Source of the DNA: Amoebidium appalachense
Lineage: Eukaryota; Protista; Ichthyosporea
DNA length: 43,351 nucleotides
Direction of reading: 5' to 3'
NCBI GenBank assembly: GCA_963693365.1
Contig: CAVNZM010000037.1
Coordinates: 1-43,351 of the forward strand
Below, one piece after another: positions 41,934 through 43,351 of the stretch (positions are counted from its first letter, which is position 1; every line of letters begins with the position of its first letter). The translations under genes and the position numbers were made by a program. The notes under the pieces were generated by a model that did no database searches, was not told where the DNA came from, and was given only the letters and a program-made list of their open reading frames with translations.

Positions 41934-42918
41934 GTCTGCACCTGGCAGAGACGTGGCTTATATACCCGTGGGGCAGCAGTCTGGAATGTAATCCGGATGC
42001 CAGGCGCTAATCGGATTGGTTACTTTCATTTAGATATCTCTGGGACCAGTGAACCAATCGTTTGCAGTCAAAACACAATTGGCAACATTCCTCAACTATG
42101 CAGATGTGCATGTGGTGATCGAGTGTCAGCATGTGTCTATGTACACGGAACCAATTGTAAAGCTAACATACACATATAGTGGAGTGAGCGTAAGTCTGCA
42201 CTCCAACACCCCTACCCAATTGGAGAAGTGTACACACCACTAGAGAAGAGAGAGTGAGTGTGGCTGCTTGCAGGGTAGACCGGGGTGTGCATTCCACTGT
42301 GGTGCGTGCCCCGCCAATGAAGTGGAATACTTGACGTTGATGTCGCAGGCTGCTGCGGATGGAGTTTGTGGAAGCGAAAGTCTCTACTTCACGGAAATAC
42401 GCTCGCGGGTGTAGGGTACAGCCTAGAAGTCGGTTTCTGGGCTCCTCCGTTCAAGGCGTCGTAGGGGACGTGAAGTTAGAGGCCGCGGTGTCGTGTCTGG
42501 GCCCATAACCCTGTTGGAAGTAGAGTCCGCTGTGACTAGGGTCGTCGTGGCGCGCTTGGGCGCTGACCCGTTTTTTACTGCTTTCAGTGTGTTAACTCCA
42601 TGACTGAACTCCATGACTTAACTCCATGACTTAACTCCATGTCTGCACCTGGCAGAGACGTGGCTTATATACCCGTGGGGCAGCAGTCTGGAATGTAATC
42701 CGGATGCCAGGCGCTAATCGGATTGGTTACTTTCATTTAGATATCTCTGGGACCAGTGAACCAATCGTTTGCAGTCAAAACACAATTGGCAACATTCCTC
42801 AACTATGCAGATGTGCATGTGGTGATCGAGTGTCAGCATGTGTCTATGTACACGGAACCAATTGTAAAGCTAACATACACATATAGTGGAGTGAGCGTAA
42901 GTCTGCACTCCAACACCC
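41805..42918. repeat. About 405-bp direct duplication (41805-42210 and 42512-42918) containing a TATA promoter and ATG repeats
   Basis: Identical blocks 707 bp apart; on the minus strand, GGGTATATAAG is followed by four ATGGAGTT(A/C)AGTC-type units. Confidence 0.92.
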
Positions 42919-43351
42919 GATACTTCAGGTATGTGACTTAAGTCGTGGCTGCCACTGAAAGTGGAAAGTCGACTGAGCATCGCCGCCAAACCATCCGAGT
43001 TTCCATGATAGCTGCCAAGATCGTAAACTCTCCATTGAGGGCCACCCCATTTCAGAATCCAAGCAATAGTCGTATTGATACCCTTGTTGTTTTCGAGTTG
43101 TTGCAACTGATATTTGTTCCTGTGATACAGACGCCCGTCGTTGAGTTCAAACAAGAAGACCGAAACATGATCTGAATCGTTGGGTTTCACAGCGTGTAAT
43201 ATTGGTGCCGTCTTCTTTCTTTGATAACGATTAAAACCCTGTCGTGTGAATAGCTCTTCACCCGTAAAAATGATTGTAGGATCAGTATGTTTCGAGAATA
43301 TGAATGTTGGTGGGTTTGCTTGTATGCTACTCTGGAACGCATCATTGATGA
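42870..43351 (-). CDS. 3' part of a hypothetical gene entering from the right edge
   Basis: Manual translation shows the frame of 42870-43190 open to the window end (INDAFQSSIQANPPTF...). Confidence 0.45.
   Translation of the reverse strand, partial: INDAFQSSIQANPPTFIFSKHTDPTIIFTGEELFTRQGFNRYQRKKTAPILHAVKPNDSDHVSVFLFELNDGRLYHRNKYQLQQLENNKGINTTIAWILKWGGPQWRVYDLGSYHGNSDGLAAMLSRLSTFSGSHDLSHIPEVSGVGVQTYAHSTICVC

Overview
About 1-35.7 kb is a compact, mostly intronless gene array of large-DNA-virus (Nucleocytoviricota-like) type. It carries a G9/A16-like entry-fusion protein, two penton/minor-capsid-like proteins, a Nudix hydrolase, an A22/RuvC resolvase, an HNH protein, an SF3 (D5/DUF5906-like) helicase, a PD-(D/E)XK nuclease family, an aquaporin and many KilA-N/Bro-N/MSV199-like DNA-binding genes, some with T5orf172 domains. 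It is interrupted by a foldback-like satellite at 33-34.9 kb. A KDM4-like JmjN/JmjC gene with six GT-AG introns full of microsatellites follows at 36.6-41.9 kb. The best reading is a giant endogenous viral element in a eukaryotic genome (inference). The most striking unexplained signal is in the KilA-N/Bro-N/MSV199-like genes. At one loop of the DNA-binding domain, most carry a hairpin palindrome whose sequence differs between paralogues while base-pairing is kept. Orphan copies or arrays of this segment lie next to the genes, and one palindrome recurs in a promoter. Candidate introns and frameshifts fall on the same loop, and six of the genes share the promoter GGTATAAAAG. A second candidate system is a helicase plus a nuclease fused to a copy of the helicase C-terminal domain, each preceded by its own inverted iteron-like array and flanked by catalytically dead nuclease paralogues. 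All family calls come from motif recognition by eye; no searches were run.
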